In this document: in pieces, positions 1 to 12,568 of the stretch
Numbering within the stretch: the stretch's first letter is position 1
Layout: each line of letters opens with the position of its first letter
DNA from: Candidatus Atelocyanobacterium thalassa isolate ALOHA
GTDB lineage: Bacteria > Cyanobacteriota > Cyanobacteriia > Cyanobacteriales > Microcystaceae
DNA: 32,000 nt
Direction: 5' to 3'
Assembly: GCF_000025125.1 (NCBI RefSeq)
Contig: NC_013771.1
Location: 90,001-122,000 of the forward strand
The notes under the pieces: generated by a model
Told to the model about the DNA's origin: nothing
Databases searched by the model: none
The model's input: the letters and a program-made list of their open reading frames with translations, nothing else
Program-made: the position numbers and the translations under genes

Positions 1-237
1 AACAGCCATAGAATTTTCTCACACCTTTTATTTTCTAAATATTATAGACTTTCTTACATATTATTTATGATATGTAGAAAAAATATCCATTTTATGGAAA
101 ATTTCAAAATAAATTATAAGCAATTAATAGTTATTCAAGTAATTTGATGGGTAACTATAAAATATTCTTCTTAAGAATATGTCAAAATAAAACTATAAAA
201 AGCTAGCCTTTATAAATTTATCTTAATTACGAATTTT

Positions 238-2049
238 ATGACCAATGTTCCTGTTTCACAAATTCGAAATTTTTCTATTATTGCTCATATTGATCATGGA
301 AAGTCAACATTAGCAGATAGGATGTTACAAGAAACTCAAACGATTACACAACGAGAAATGAAAGAACAATTTCTCGATAATATGGATCTCGAAAGAGAAA
401 GAGGAATTACTATAAAACTTCAAGCAGCAAGAATGAAGTATAAATCAAAAGATGGTAAAGAATATGTAATTAATCTTATCGACACTCCTGGTCATGTTGA
501 CTTTTCTTATGAAGTATCTCGTTCCTTAGCTGCATGTGAAGGAGCTTTATTAGTAGTAGATTCTTCTCAGGGAGTAGAAGCGCAGACTTTAGCTAATGTT
601 TATCTTGCATTAGAAAATAATCTAGAGATTATTCCAGTTTTAAATAAGATAGATTTACCAGGTTCAGAGCCAGAAAGAGTATCTGATGAAATCGAAGAAG
701 TTATTGGATTAGATTGTACCAATATTATTAAAGCTTCAGCTAAAGCAGGTATTGGTATTAATGAAATCTTAGAATCTATCGTAGAATTAGTTCCTCCACC
801 TCAGGATACAGCTGATAAACCTTTGCGAGCGCTAATCTTTGATAGTTATTATGATGCTTACCGCGGGGTAATAGTCTATTTTCGTATTATGGATGGAGTG
901 ATTAAGAAAGGAGACCTAATCTATTTAATGGCTTCCCAAAAAGAATATGAAATTGATGAATTAGGAATTCTTGCTCCTAATCAAATAGCTGTAGATTCGC
1001 TTCATGCAGGTGAAGTAGGATATTTCTCCGCAGCAATTAAAACAGTTCAAGATGCAAGAGTAGGAGATACAATAACCAGTGCTCTAGAGCCAGCTACAGA
1101 ACCTTTGCATGGCTATACAGAAGCAAAGCCAATGGTGTTTTGTGGCTTATTCCCTATTGATTCAGATCAATATGAAGATTTACGTGAATCCTTGAAGAAA
1201 CTAAAGCTCAATGATGCAGCTCTTTCATTTGAACCAGAGACCTCTAGTGCGATGGGATTTGGATTTCGTTGTGGTTTTCTTGGCTTGCTTCATATGGAAG
1301 TCGTTCAAGAGCGTTTAGAAAGAGAATATAATTTAGATCTAATAACTACAGCTCCTTCAGTAATTTATCGCATAACTACTATAGATGGAAAGGTGGTGGA
1401 AATAGATAATCCCAGCGAACTTCCTGTGCCTCAACAGCAGGAAAAAGTTGAAGAGCCATATATTAAAGTGGAAATGATTACGCCTGAAGTCTACATTGGA
1501 ACCTTGATGGAGCTATGCCAAGGTCGTAGAGGAATATTTAAAGAAATTCGCTATTTCACTTTATCCAGAACTGCTCTAATATATGAAATACCTTTAGCAG
1601 AAGTGGTTACAGACTTTTTCGATCAACTCAAATCTAGATCAAAGGGCTATGCTAGCATGGAATACGAATTAATAGGTTATAGAACTAATCCTCTCGTGAA
1701 GCTAGATATTCTAGTTAATGGCGATAGTGTAGATGCTTTGGCTATGATTGTTCATCGTGACAAGGCATACTATGTAGGTCGTGCTTTAACTGAAAAATTA
1801 AAAGAGTTAATTCCCCGTCATCAATTCAAGGTTCCTATACAAGCAGCTATCGGTGCAAAAATTATTGCTAGTGAGCATATTCCTGCGTTACGAAAAGATG
1901 TGTTAGCCAAATGCTATGGAGGAGATATTTCACGCAAGAAAAAATTGCTACAAAAACAAGCAAAAGGTAAAAAGAGGATGAAGTCAGTCGGTACAGTTGA
2001 TGTCCCACAAGAAGCATTTATGGCAGTATTAAAGCTTGATCCGCAATAA
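238..2049 (+). CDS. lepA: Elongation factor 4 (LepA), translational GTPase
   Basis: 603-aa ORF. GTPase motifs [14 protein letters not shown] and NKID are present, followed by a LepA-type C-terminal region ([21 protein letters not shown]). Confidence 0.95.
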   Translation: MTNVPVSQIRNFSIIAHIDHGKSTLADRMLQETQTITQREMKEQFLDNMDLERERGITIKLQAARMKYKSKDGKEYVINLIDTPGHVDFSYEVSRSLAACEGALLVVDSSQGVEAQTLANVYLALENNLEIIPVLNKIDLPGSEPERVSDEIEEVIGLDCTNIIKASAKAGIGINEILESIVELVPPPQDTADKPLRALIFDSYYDAYRGVIVYFRIMDGVIKKGDLIYLMASQKEYEIDELGILAPNQIAVDSLHAGEVGYFSAAIKTVQDARVGDTITSALEPATEPLHGYTEAKPMVFCGLFPIDSDQYEDLRESLKKLKLNDAALSFEPETSSAMGFGFRCGFLGLLHMEVVQERLEREYNLDLITTAPSVIYRITTIDGKVVEIDNPSELPVPQQQEKVEEPYIKVEMITPEVYIGTLMELCQGRRGIFKEIRYFTLSRTALIYEIPLAEVVTDFFDQLKSRSKGYASMEYELIGYRTNPLVKLDILVNGDSVDALAMIVHRDKAYYVGRALTEKLKELIPRHQFKVPIQAAIGAKIIASEHIPALRKDVLAKCYGGDISRKKKLLQKQAKGKKRMKSVGTVDVPQEAFMAVLKLDPQ

Positions 2050-2219
2050 AAAGTAAAATTATTACCTTATGTACTAAAAATATTTTTAAGATCTTAAATA
2101 AAAACTTATTATTCTTTGCTAGAAATATGCAATATAGTTCTATCTTAACGATCTAATTTAGTAATCTTGAGAAATTTAAATATTTTTATAATTTAAAACA
2201 ATAATTTGTATAACATTTG

Positions 2220-2999
2220 CTAACTATCTATACCTATAAATCCATAGTCTTTAAAGATGTTTTGAGCTCTTTCTGTTAAAAGAAAGTTTATAAATTTTTT
2301 AGCTTCACTAATGTTTTGACTACTTTTAACTACAGCAATTTGATATGTTATTGGCGAATGAAGATCATAAGGTATATTAGCTAATGTGATAGCATCTGAA
2401 TTTTTTGTGTCAGTGATATAAACAATTCCAAGATCTGCGTTCCCACTTTCCACATAAAAAAGAACCTGACGTACATTTTTTCCAAAAATAAATTTTGACT
2501 CTAATTTGTTGTAGACTTTTAATGCAGTTAAAGCTTCTTTAGCATATTGACCGGCAGGCACACTTCTAAATTCTCCTAATGCAAGTTTTTCAAAGTTACC
2601 GTCTGTTAAAGTATTCAGATCAATATTTTGAATTGACTTTTTGGAAGCGACTAAGACCATCTTGTTTTTTAAAAATGTTTTATTGCTTTCTCTTATTAAC
2701 AAATTCTTTTTTAATAGAAAATCCATTTGTTTCGAAGAGGCAGAAATGAAAATATCTATTGGAGCTCCTCGTTCTACTTGTTGTTGTAAAGCGCCAGAAG
2801 ATCCACTATTGTATATAACATCAATATTAGGGTTATCTCTTTGATAAATATCCTTTATAAGTTTCATGGCACTATACATACTAGATGGAACTGATATAAA
2901 TAGTTGATTATTGTATTTTTTCTGCTGATTCGAATTAGATGTTCCACAAGCAGCTATTGACATTAAGCAACTAAGGATAATAAATTTTTTTCTGTTCAT
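2220..2999 (-). CDS. modA: Molybdate ABC transporter substrate-binding protein, probable lipoprotein
   Basis: 259-aa ORF. N-terminal hydrophobic signal ends in Cys (LMSIAAC-GTS). The periplasmic-binding-protein core resembles ModA (SGSSGALQQQVERGAPIDIFISAS, VPAGQYAKEAL). No modB or modC is adjacent. Confidence 0.8.
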   Translation of the reverse strand: MNRKKFIILSCLMSIAACGTSNSNQQKKYNNQLFISVPSSMYSAMKLIKDIYQRDNPNIDVIYNSGSSGALQQQVERGAPIDIFISASSKQMDFLLKKNLLIRESNKTFLKNKMVLVASKKSIQNIDLNTLTDGNFEKLALGEFRSVPAGQYAKEALTALKVYNKLESKFIFGKNVRQVLFYVESGNADLGIVYITDTKNSDAITLANIPYDLHSPITYQIAVVKSSQNISEAKKFINFLLTERAQNIFKDYGFIGIDS

Positions 3000-3282
3000 A
3001 ATTAATTTTTACTACCTGATTTAAAAAAATTTTAATAACTAAAACTAAATAAAAATAACTATTGAAATCAACAAGAAGAATTAAGGCTGGCAACTAGTTA
3101 TAAGTAATTAATATTATATGCATATTTAATTTTGTAGAAAAAGTAACTTTTTTTACAAAATTAAGTAACTTTTATTTTTATTTCATGATTAATCATATAT
3201 ATACTTTAATCTTTATATATTATGAATAAATTGTTCGTTGTCTAAAACATGAAAAAATATTATTCTTTATTGAAATCGCACT

Positions 3283-4921
<1,639 letters not shown>

Positions 4922-5130
4922 ACAAATATTGTTAGAAAAGATTTTTTCCAATCTAATAATTTATGTTAAATTACTATTATCGATTTCTTAGAAAGAAAAG
5001 AAAAATCTTTTCCCTGTATCTTACATGAAAAATCGTCACCATAAGCGAAGCTTATATTTGTCAAATATTAAATACCTTTTGTATATTTTATTCTAGATAA
5101 CCACTTAGCAACTTTATATAAACAAATATC

Positions 5131-5406
5131 ATGATTGACGCAGCTGTCAATACAATTGAAGAATTTGATCTTTCTCGTGAAGAGAGAGTTATTGAAATTC
5201 AAAATCTCATTGAAACCTTGCGTATTGCTGATGAAATAGCTGAAAAAGGCTATTTAATTACTAGTTCTGAATTAGCCGATTTAATGGATATTAATGCTAG
5301 TGCTGTTACGAGTCGTGGTGATCATTGGTCATGGCGAAACTGGGTAGTTTCTAGAGTTCGTAGAGAAGGAAACCAAATTCTTTGGCAACTAGAGAAGATT
5401 GATTAA
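5131..5406 (+). CDS. Small hypothetical protein, possible helix-turn-helix segment (LITSSELADLMDINASAVTSRG)
   Basis: 91-aa ORF in an otherwise empty interval, with codon composition like its neighbours. I recognise no family. Confidence 0.45.
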   Translation: MIDAAVNTIEEFDLSREERVIEIQNLIETLRIADEIAEKGYLITSSELADLMDINASAVTSRGDHWSWRNWVVSRVRREGNQILWQLEKID

Positions 5407-5696
5407 AAAATTAAAGACTTTTAATACTATGAGATAAAGGTCTAGATATAATTTAATTTAATCTTTGAAAGTTTGCTGTAAATTACTCTTAATAGCTGAA
5501 TTATACTTAAAGACTGAAAAGTTTGCTTGTCAAAATATTAGGCTTTCTAATATAGTTCAGATTAATGGTTGGGAATATGATGAGAATACTATATTACTCA
5601 TATTCTCTCTTGCCTATTTTCTATCAAATTTTTGACATGTAAATGCATTTTGATAGGGTCGATGCTCAAATATAAATTTATGCTGAAGATTTAAGG

Positions 5697-6749
5697 ATGA
5701 TAATGATGCAGTCTATATTTAGTAAAGCTAAATCAAAGCAAGTCTTTAATTCTCATGTTTTTTCTATTTTTACGTCTATTTCTGTTCATATTTTGGCTTT
5801 CTCTTTGGCTAACTCCAATTTGACCAACATATTATTTTCCAAGTCTCAAAAAGTACATAAACGTTCTGAAAGTATTCAGATAGTAGAACTAGAATCCATG
5901 GAAGAACTTGAGACACCACTTCAACCTTTGAAATCTTTAAACGTTAAAGATTCTTCCATTCATAGTAATAATTCAACAATTTCTAACACTTCTTCTTCAA
6001 ATATTACTAAAACTTCATCTACCCCTTTAAAAAAAGATTTTTCAAAGAATGAGAATAATACTCTTATAAAAGATGAACTAAAAATCAAACCAAATAATGT
6101 ATCTGTTAAAAATAAATTAGAGAAAAATCATATTAAAGAAATAGAATCACTTGAAAAAAAATTACCAGATGATAAACCAATAAATAAAAACGATAAAGAT
6201 AATATTGACCTTAAAACCCAGTTGGTCCAGTCAACTAATAAACCTCCATCTTTTGAAAAACATAAAATTAGTAAAGTCAGACAAAATCAAATTACGCAAA
6301 AGCTTTTAGAAGAAACATTAAATGGAGCTGAAAAACTTATCTATAACGATGTAGGTACTCAAAGAGCAGAAGCCAGGCAAAAAGATATAGAATGGATGCA
6401 AAGGACAGGAATAGCTTTAAAACTAAATCAGATGATAACTATTGAAGGTAGCTATCCAAAAAGTGCTTGCAACCTCAATTTACAAGGCTCTTCAGTCTAT
6501 AATATATTCGTAAATAAGAATGGAAAATTAAATGGTTCTCCTTTTATGACACAAAGTTCAGGCTATGGTATTTTGAATGATCAAGGATTGGAAGACATAA
6601 AATTATATAATTTTTCTCAATCAACTAGAGTAAGAGTTATATTTCAACCTGACTATGATAAATGTCCGAATTTAGTACCAATACAGAACTCTAAAAAACA
6701 TTCTACTTTTAATAAAACCATAGAAAGATCTAATAATATTGAGAACTAA
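5697..6749 (+). CDS. Membrane-anchored protein with a TonB C-terminal-like domain
   Basis: 350 aa. It has an N-terminal TM helix (VFSIFTSISVHILAFSLA), a long Ser/Asn/Lys-rich low-complexity linker, and a C-terminus resembling TonB_C (YPKSACNLNLQGSSVYNIFVNKNGKL...SSGYGILNDQGLEDIKLYNF). The start codon is ambiguous (ATG at 5697, 5703 or 5706). Confidence 0.5.
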   Translation: MIMMQSIFSKAKSKQVFNSHVFSIFTSISVHILAFSLANSNLTNILFSKSQKVHKRSESIQIVELESMEELETPLQPLKSLNVKDSSIHSNNSTISNTSSSNITKTSSTPLKKDFSKNENNTLIKDELKIKPNNVSVKNKLEKNHIKEIESLEKKLPDDKPINKNDKDNIDLKTQLVQSTNKPPSFEKHKISKVRQNQITQKLLEETLNGAEKLIYNDVGTQRAEARQKDIEWMQRTGIALKLNQMITIEGSYPKSACNLNLQGSSVYNIFVNKNGKLNGSPFMTQSSGYGILNDQGLEDIKLYNFSQSTRVRVIFQPDYDKCPNLVPIQNSKKHSTFNKTIERSNNIEN

Positions 6750-6924
6750 ATTGAATTTTTATTTAGCTCATATATTGTTCTAAAAATCATTTAATAATTC
6801 TTACTATATTTTTTTGATCAACCGCTTTAATTCACTGTAATTATGTTAAGTATTCTGATTATCAGAAAATAATCTAATCTCCTAAATTTTTTGAAAAAAT
6901 TTGAACATTTTTATTATTTAGTAA

Positions 6925-7407
6925 TTAACAATTATAGCCATAATATAGTTGAAGATCTTTTGCGACGTTAATAGGTACAAGATGAGAAATGCAACCACCA
7001 AACTGAGCAATTTCTTTAACAGTACTGCTGCTTAAAAAACTATATTCTTTATTAGTTGCTAAAAAAACAGTTTCTAATTCCTTAGCCAGAGTCTTGTTTG
7101 TATGAGCCATTTGTAATTCTTTTTCAAAGTCAGAAAGAACTCTCAAACCTCTTAATAAAACTTTAGCCTGATGAAGTTTTGCATAATCAACAGTTAATCC
7201 TGTAAAGCTATCTACTTCAATTCGAGATAAATGTTTAGTACATTGACTAATTTGTTGAACTCTTTTCTCTACAGAAAACAAAGAATGTTTATTAGGATTA
7301 CATAAAACTGCAACAATTACTTTCTCAAATAAAATAACTCCTCGCTCAATAATGTCAAGGTGTCCAAGTGTAATAGGATCAAAGCTTCCTGGATAAATAG
7401 CTATCAT
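6925..7407 (-). CDS. coaD: Phosphopantetheine adenylyltransferase
   Basis: 160 aa. The N-terminal motif [23 protein letters not shown] is typical of CoaD. Confidence 0.9.
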   Translation of the reverse strand: MIAIYPGSFDPITLGHLDIIERGVILFEKVIVAVLCNPNKHSLFSVEKRVQQISQCTKHLSRIEVDSFTGLTVDYAKLHQAKVLLRGLRVLSDFEKELQMAHTNKTLAKELETVFLATNKEYSFLSSSTVKEIAQFGGCISHLVPINVAKDLQLYYGYNC

Positions 7408-7597
7408 AATCTTACTGAATTGGGGTGAAATTATAAATTAAACTGTTGATGATAGTTATACTAAGATAATATATTATTTATTACTTAGTATTGTTCTCAG
7501 ATAATGCACATAGTGTGTCTTATCGAGTCAGTAATTGCTGTAGAGTAAGCTGATATAGATGATATAAAATAATGGTTGAGACTACAGACAGTAAAAC

Positions 7598-8527
7598 ATG
7601 GTTATGACAGGTGAAGATCATGTGACGCAAATTGAGACATCTTGTTTCGATTTAGTGTCTTATCTTAAAGAGAAAAAACAATTGGTTGAAGCTGCTTTAG
7701 ATGCTTCTATCCCTATTACTTGTCCTGAAAAAATCTACGAAGCAATGCGTTATTCCCTTCTTGCAGGGGGGAAGAGGTTGCGTCCTATCCTATGCTTAAC
7801 TACTTGTGAGCTTATGGGAGGAACAGTTGAGATGGCACTTCCAACAGCTTGTGCGTTAGAAATGATTCATACTATGTCTCTTATTCACGACGACCTTCCT
7901 GCTATGGATAATGATGATTATCGTCGAGGACAACTAACAAACCACAAGGTTTATGGTGAAGATATAGCTATTCTTGCAGGTGATGCTCTGTTATCATACG
8001 CTTTTGAACATGTTGCTACTCAAACTCATAACGTTTCTTTGACAAACTTAGTAGATGTTATAGCTCGTCTAGGTCGTACTGTTGGGGCGGCAGGGTTAGT
8101 AGGTGGACAAGTTTTAGATTTAGAATCTGAAGGGAAGTCTAATATAACATCAGATATTTTAAAATTTATCCATGTTCATAAAACAGGTGCTTTACTAGAA
8201 ACTTCAGTAGTATCCGGAGCAATTTTAGCAGGAGCTAACTTAGAAGATATAGAACGCCTTTCTCATTATGCACAAAATATTGGTTTAGCTTTTCAAATTA
8301 TTGATGATATATTAGATATAACTTCTACTCAGGCAGAGTTGGGGAAAACTGCTGGAAAAGATAAACAAGCTCAGAAAGCTACTTATCCAAGTTTGTGGGG
8401 GTTGGAAGAATCACAAAAACAAGCTCAAATTCTTATAGAAGATGCAATAGCTCAATTGGCTCCTTACGGCCGAGAAGCATACCCTTTAGAAGCTATTGCC
8501 AGATTTATCGTTTCTCGCAAAAATTAA
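7598..8527 (+). CDS. crtE: Geranylgeranyl diphosphate synthase (polyprenyl synthetase family)
   Basis: 309 aa. It carries the first Asp-rich motif [14 protein letters not shown] and the second, DDILD. The length is typical of cyanobacterial CrtE. Confidence 0.85.
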   Translation: MVMTGEDHVTQIETSCFDLVSYLKEKKQLVEAALDASIPITCPEKIYEAMRYSLLAGGKRLRPILCLTTCELMGGTVEMALPTACALEMIHTMSLIHDDLPAMDNDDYRRGQLTNHKVYGEDIAILAGDALLSYAFEHVATQTHNVSLTNLVDVIARLGRTVGAAGLVGGQVLDLESEGKSNITSDILKFIHVHKTGALLETSVVSGAILAGANLEDIERLSHYAQNIGLAFQIIDDILDITSTQAELGKTAGKDKQAQKATYPSLWGLEESQKQAQILIEDAIAQLAPYGREAYPLEAIARFIVSRKN

Positions 8528-8545
8528 AATTCTTAGCCACTAATC

Positions 8546-9004
8546 ATGCAGAATTTTGAAACAATTATTCACAACAAAATACTGTTGGTATCTTTATTAG
8601 CTTGTTTTTCTGCCCAAAGCTTGAAATTCTTGATTGAGTTAATCCATCATCGAAAGATGAATTTTAACTCTTTAGTTAGTACAGGTGGAATGCCGAGTGC
8701 ACACTCGGCATTGGTAGGATCACTAGCTACCAGCATTGGATTAACTGAAGGCTGGGAAAGCTCAGAGTTTGCTATTACTTGTCTATTTGCTATTATCGTT
8801 ATGTATGATGCGACTGGTATACGTCAAGCAGCTGGTAAGCAAGCTCAAATTCTTAATCAATTAATTGATTCATTTCGAGATAATATCTTTTCCTTGAATA
8901 CAGAAGAAAGATTAAAAGAATTGCTAGGACATACACCAGTTCAAGTACTTGTAGGATTGGGCTGGGGAATATGGATTTCAGTATTAGCAATAACAATATT
9001 TTAG
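8546..9004 (+). CDS. DUF212 / divergent PAP2 (acid phosphatase, vanadium-haloperoxidase-related) membrane protein
   Basis: 152 aa and hydrophobic. It carries the GGMPSAHSA motif characteristic of this family. It starts 18 nt after the crtE stop. Confidence 0.7.
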   Translation: MQNFETIIHNKILLVSLLACFSAQSLKFLIELIHHRKMNFNSLVSTGGMPSAHSALVGSLATSIGLTEGWESSEFAITCLFAIIVMYDATGIRQAAGKQAQILNQLIDSFRDNIFSLNTEERLKELLGHTPVQVLVGLGWGIWISVLAITIF

Positions 9005-9669
9005 TTTTTTAAATATGTAGACATTATTAAGTAACCGTCATGTTATGGGACAAAAAGTGCAAATTAAAGAATATCTTTACTATTATGGTGGATATGTATT
9101 GTATTAAAATCAACCAAAATTAGTGTGAGATCGTAAATTTTTTATATCTAAAGAATATTTACTTAATACAATTACTCGAAGAAATAGAAAATTTTGTTAA
9201 TGTATGAATATAAAGCTCTAATTTTTTTGTCTGCTAAAAGTAAAAGTATTACTTATTGTTAAACGGTTTAAAATCAATAATTTTTTATTTAGAGATAACG
9301 CTTTTTACCACAGCTAAGATTTGAATTCTTATTCTAAAATTCCTAACCTGTATTAAAGCTAACTTAAATAAAAAATAAACATGATTTTGATGAAGTTAAA
9401 GCAAAAATTGTTCTTGAACTTTTATATCCGAGATTAAAATTAGGTGAATATTCAGTTCTCTTATTGAGGATCATACGATTTAAATAATCATTAAATAAGT
9501 ACAACTATTTAAATTAGGTGTTATTTTTGATTAAAAATCTCATTTATCTATCCTCGTTTCAGAAAGTTAAGTTTATTCTAAAATGGTTGACTTATATTTG
9601 TTAACTTAACCCAACTGTAATTTACCTTTATCTTCTAATTTTATATAGGAGAAGCAAGAGGAAAACGCC

Positions 9670-10932
9670 ATGACGCAGGCTAATGACCTATTAACCCTTA
9701 CTGAACCTCAGATGGAAGTAACGTTCTTTATTGATGAAGATATAAATGAAACAAGTAGTGATTCTATTAACAGTATCACTACCGAGCCAGACGGTAAAAA
9801 CCGAAAAATTAGTGCCTCTCGTCGTCGAGATACTAGCAAGAAAAAGCCTTATACCGAGGATTCAATACGGGTTTATTTACAAGAAATAGGTCGTATTCGA
9901 CTCTTGCGTGCCGAGGAAGAGATCGAGCTGGCTCGTAAAATAGCTGACTTATTACAGCTTGAACGTATTAGAGAAGCTTTGTGGGAAGAACTAGATCAAG
10001 TTCCTAATGATGAGCAATGGGCTAAAAGAATTTTTCAATGGGAAAATATTGAGCAGATAATTCGTACTCAATCCTCTAAAGAGAAAGAGCCAAAATGGTC
10101 TGAAGTAACTAGTCTGTTACAAGAAAAGAAAACAATTTCCAATTTGGAAAAAATATGGGAATTAGAACAAAAATCTTATCTTCCTAAATTTAAACGTCGT
10201 TTGTACTTAGGTCGCAAAGCTAAAGATAAGATGGTTCATTCTAATCTTCGTCTTGTCGTTTCCATAGCTAAAAAATATATGAATCGTGGTCTTTCTTTTC
10301 AAGATCTAATTCAAGAAGGTTCTTTAGGATTGATTAGAGCAGCTGAAAAGTTTGATCATGAAAAAGGTTATAAATTCTCAACCTACGCAACTTGGTGGAT
10401 TCGTCAAGCTATTACAAGAGCAATAGCTGATCAATCACGTACCATACGTCTTCCTGTTCATCTATATGAAACTATTTCTCGTATTAAAAAAACGACTAAG
10501 CTTCTGTCTCAAGAAATGCGTCGTAAGCCAACAGAGGAAGAAATTGCTACTCGGATGGAAATGACTATTGAGAAACTACGTTTTATTGCTAAATCAGCAC
10601 AATTACCAATTTCTCTAGAAACTCCTATAGGGAAAGAGGAGGATTCTCGCTTAGGTGATTTTATTGAAGCAGATGGAGAAACACCAGAAGATGAGGTTGC
10701 CAAGAATCTTCTTCGAGAAGATTTAGAAAATGTCTTAGATACTCTTAGCCCAAGAGAGAGAGATGTTTTACGTTTGCGGTATGGATTGGATGACGGAAGA
10801 ATGAAAACTTTAGAAGAAATTGGTCAGATTTTTAACGTTACTCGTGAACGAATTCGACAAATAGAAGCTAAAGCCCTAAGGAAACTTAGACATCCTAATC
10901 GTAATAGTGTTCTTAAAGAATATATCCGTTAA
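9670..10932 (+). CDS. sigA: Group 1 (primary) RNA polymerase sigma factor
   Basis: 420 aa. Regions 1.2 to 4.2 are conserved ([89 protein letters not shown]). Confidence 0.92.
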   Translation: MTQANDLLTLTEPQMEVTFFIDEDINETSSDSINSITTEPDGKNRKISASRRRDTSKKKPYTEDSIRVYLQEIGRIRLLRAEEEIELARKIADLLQLERIREALWEELDQVPNDEQWAKRIFQWENIEQIIRTQSSKEKEPKWSEVTSLLQEKKTISNLEKIWELEQKSYLPKFKRRLYLGRKAKDKMVHSNLRLVVSIAKKYMNRGLSFQDLIQEGSLGLIRAAEKFDHEKGYKFSTYATWWIRQAITRAIADQSRTIRLPVHLYETISRIKKTTKLLSQEMRRKPTEEEIATRMEMTIEKLRFIAKSAQLPISLETPIGKEEDSRLGDFIEADGETPEDEVAKNLLREDLENVLDTLSPRERDVLRLRYGLDDGRMKTLEEIGQIFNVTRERIRQIEAKALRKLRHPNRNSVLKEYIR

Positions 10933-11232
10933 GTTCTATTTGTGAAGATGTAATATACAAAAAAGTATAGGGGCTCCTTTGAAAGGGAAATAGGCAACAG
11001 ATACTAAAGATAAATTCTTGTTGCCTAAATTCTTTAACTAATAGACTTTTAAGTTTACTAGCTATTAAAAAACTAGTAATAATAAAAAACAATTTTCAGT
11101 ATTTTTTGTAAATAATAATTTTAAAAAGTTAAACTTTTTAGCTATCAAGCTAAAATGATCATGATATAGCTCTTTTTTGTAGTGATAAAGATTAAATATA
11201 ATATTAAAACGACTATAGTCTAAGTAGGTAAT

Positions 11233-12495
11233 ATGACGATCCCTCCTGATTTTTCTTCTGATTCATCTTTAAACAATAATGATAAAGAAGCTTCATCTTC
11301 CCTGTTATCAAATTCTCAATATAGAAAGTTATCAAGCTTAAATTCTGTCTCTTTTCAAGAGTCAAAAAAACCTTTATATTTGCAAGAAGTTAAATCTTCT
11401 AATCCATGGTTATTTTTTATTATTATTAGTTTAATGATCACTGGATTGATGTTTAACTTACCTTTAATAGGTTTGACAAGTGCTTTGGTAGCATTAGCTC
11501 TTTCCTTGCGTTCAATGCTTCCTCGCTTTTATAGATGGTTTGTTAGGTATCTTAACTCCTCAGAAAGAGATATTTTGATTACCCTCATTGTTTTTATCCT
11601 ATCTCTAGCAGGAATACTTTACTATATTGGTGTTTATCAAATTATTGGAAATTGGTTAGATAAATTTAAATATGATGAATTTGGTTCCTGGGCTGAATGG
11701 GTTGGAGCACTTGGACAAATAATGATTGCTATACTAGCTGTTTATGTTGCTTGGGCTCAATATGTAATTTCTAAAGACCTAACTTTGCAACAAAATAGAA
11801 TTACTCAACAACAAACTATTGATACTTACTTTCAAGGTATTTCTGATTTAGTATTAGATGGAGAAGGTATGCTAGAAGATTGGCCTCAAGAGCGCTCTAT
11901 CGCAGAAGGTAGAACTGCTGCAATATTAAGTAGTGTAGATAAAATTGGAAAAACAAAAATTTTAAAATTTCTTTCTCAATCTAGACTCTTAACTCCACTC
12001 ATGAGAGATAGTCGTTTAGGAAGACCAATATTAGATGGTTCAGGTGGATATGCTGAAGATCGTGCAAACGGGATTCGTGTTATTAATTTAGGCGTTATGC
12101 TAGCAGAGATTGATTTATCAGATCAAGATTTAAGATGGACAGATTTAAGCGAAGCTAATATGGTACGGGTGGATTTAAGTCGTTGTAACTTGGTAAAAGC
12201 AAACTTGTCTCGTGCAATCTTATATGATGCCAACCTTCAAGAGGTAGATCTTAAAAATACTCGCTTATTCTATGGATCAAGTGAAACCGCAAGTCCTCGC
12301 TCAAGAATTCATCCTCCTGACTACAAGACAGGAGCTTATACAGGAGTAGTAATCGAAAATTGTAATTTATCTGGAGCTAAAAACTTAACAAAAGAACAAC
12401 ATTATTACCTATGCGCTTGGGGAGGAGAACATACACGAGAAACAATTCCAGGTGGATGTCATAACATTCCTAATAAGTTAAATAAATATAAATAA
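11233..12495 (+). CDS. Membrane protein with C-terminal pentapeptide repeats
   Basis: 420 aa. It has a Ser-rich N-terminus, several TM helices, then tandem A(D/N)LXX repeats (DLSDQDLRWTDLSEANMVRVDLSRCNLVKANLSRAILYDANLQEVDLKNTRLF). Confidence 0.75.
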   Translation: MTIPPDFSSDSSLNNNDKEASSSLLSNSQYRKLSSLNSVSFQESKKPLYLQEVKSSNPWLFFIIISLMITGLMFNLPLIGLTSALVALALSLRSMLPRFYRWFVRYLNSSERDILITLIVFILSLAGILYYIGVYQIIGNWLDKFKYDEFGSWAEWVGALGQIMIAILAVYVAWAQYVISKDLTLQQNRITQQQTIDTYFQGISDLVLDGEGMLEDWPQERSIAEGRTAAILSSVDKIGKTKILKFLSQSRLLTPLMRDSRLGRPILDGSGGYAEDRANGIRVINLGVMLAEIDLSDQDLRWTDLSEANMVRVDLSRCNLVKANLSRAILYDANLQEVDLKNTRLFYGSSETASPRSRIHPPDYKTGAYTGVVIENCNLSGAKNLTKEQHYYLCAWGGEHTRETIPGGCHNIPNKLNKYK

Positions 12496-12568
12496 ACTAT
12501 CAATTTCTAGCTTTTAAAAAAATCTTAAGTTAAATTTATAACCTGTGTATTTTTAGGAGAGCAAGCTT

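Noticed and set aside
4935-5012. 12-nt inverted repeat (GAAAAGATTTTT and AAAAATCTTTTC) separated by 54 nt, downstream of pgm.
   Set aside because: The arms are low-complexity A/T runs with a long spacer. Any structure would be weak, and the match is plausibly chance.
11122-11140. 19-bp perfect palindrome TAAAAAGTT-A-AACTTTTTA, about 95 bp upstream of the pentapeptide-repeat gene.
   Set aside because: It is almost pure A/T. My rough estimate is that a 9+9 palindrome of this composition is expected on the order of once per 32 kb of about 30% GC sequence by chance. There is no second copy or supporting context.
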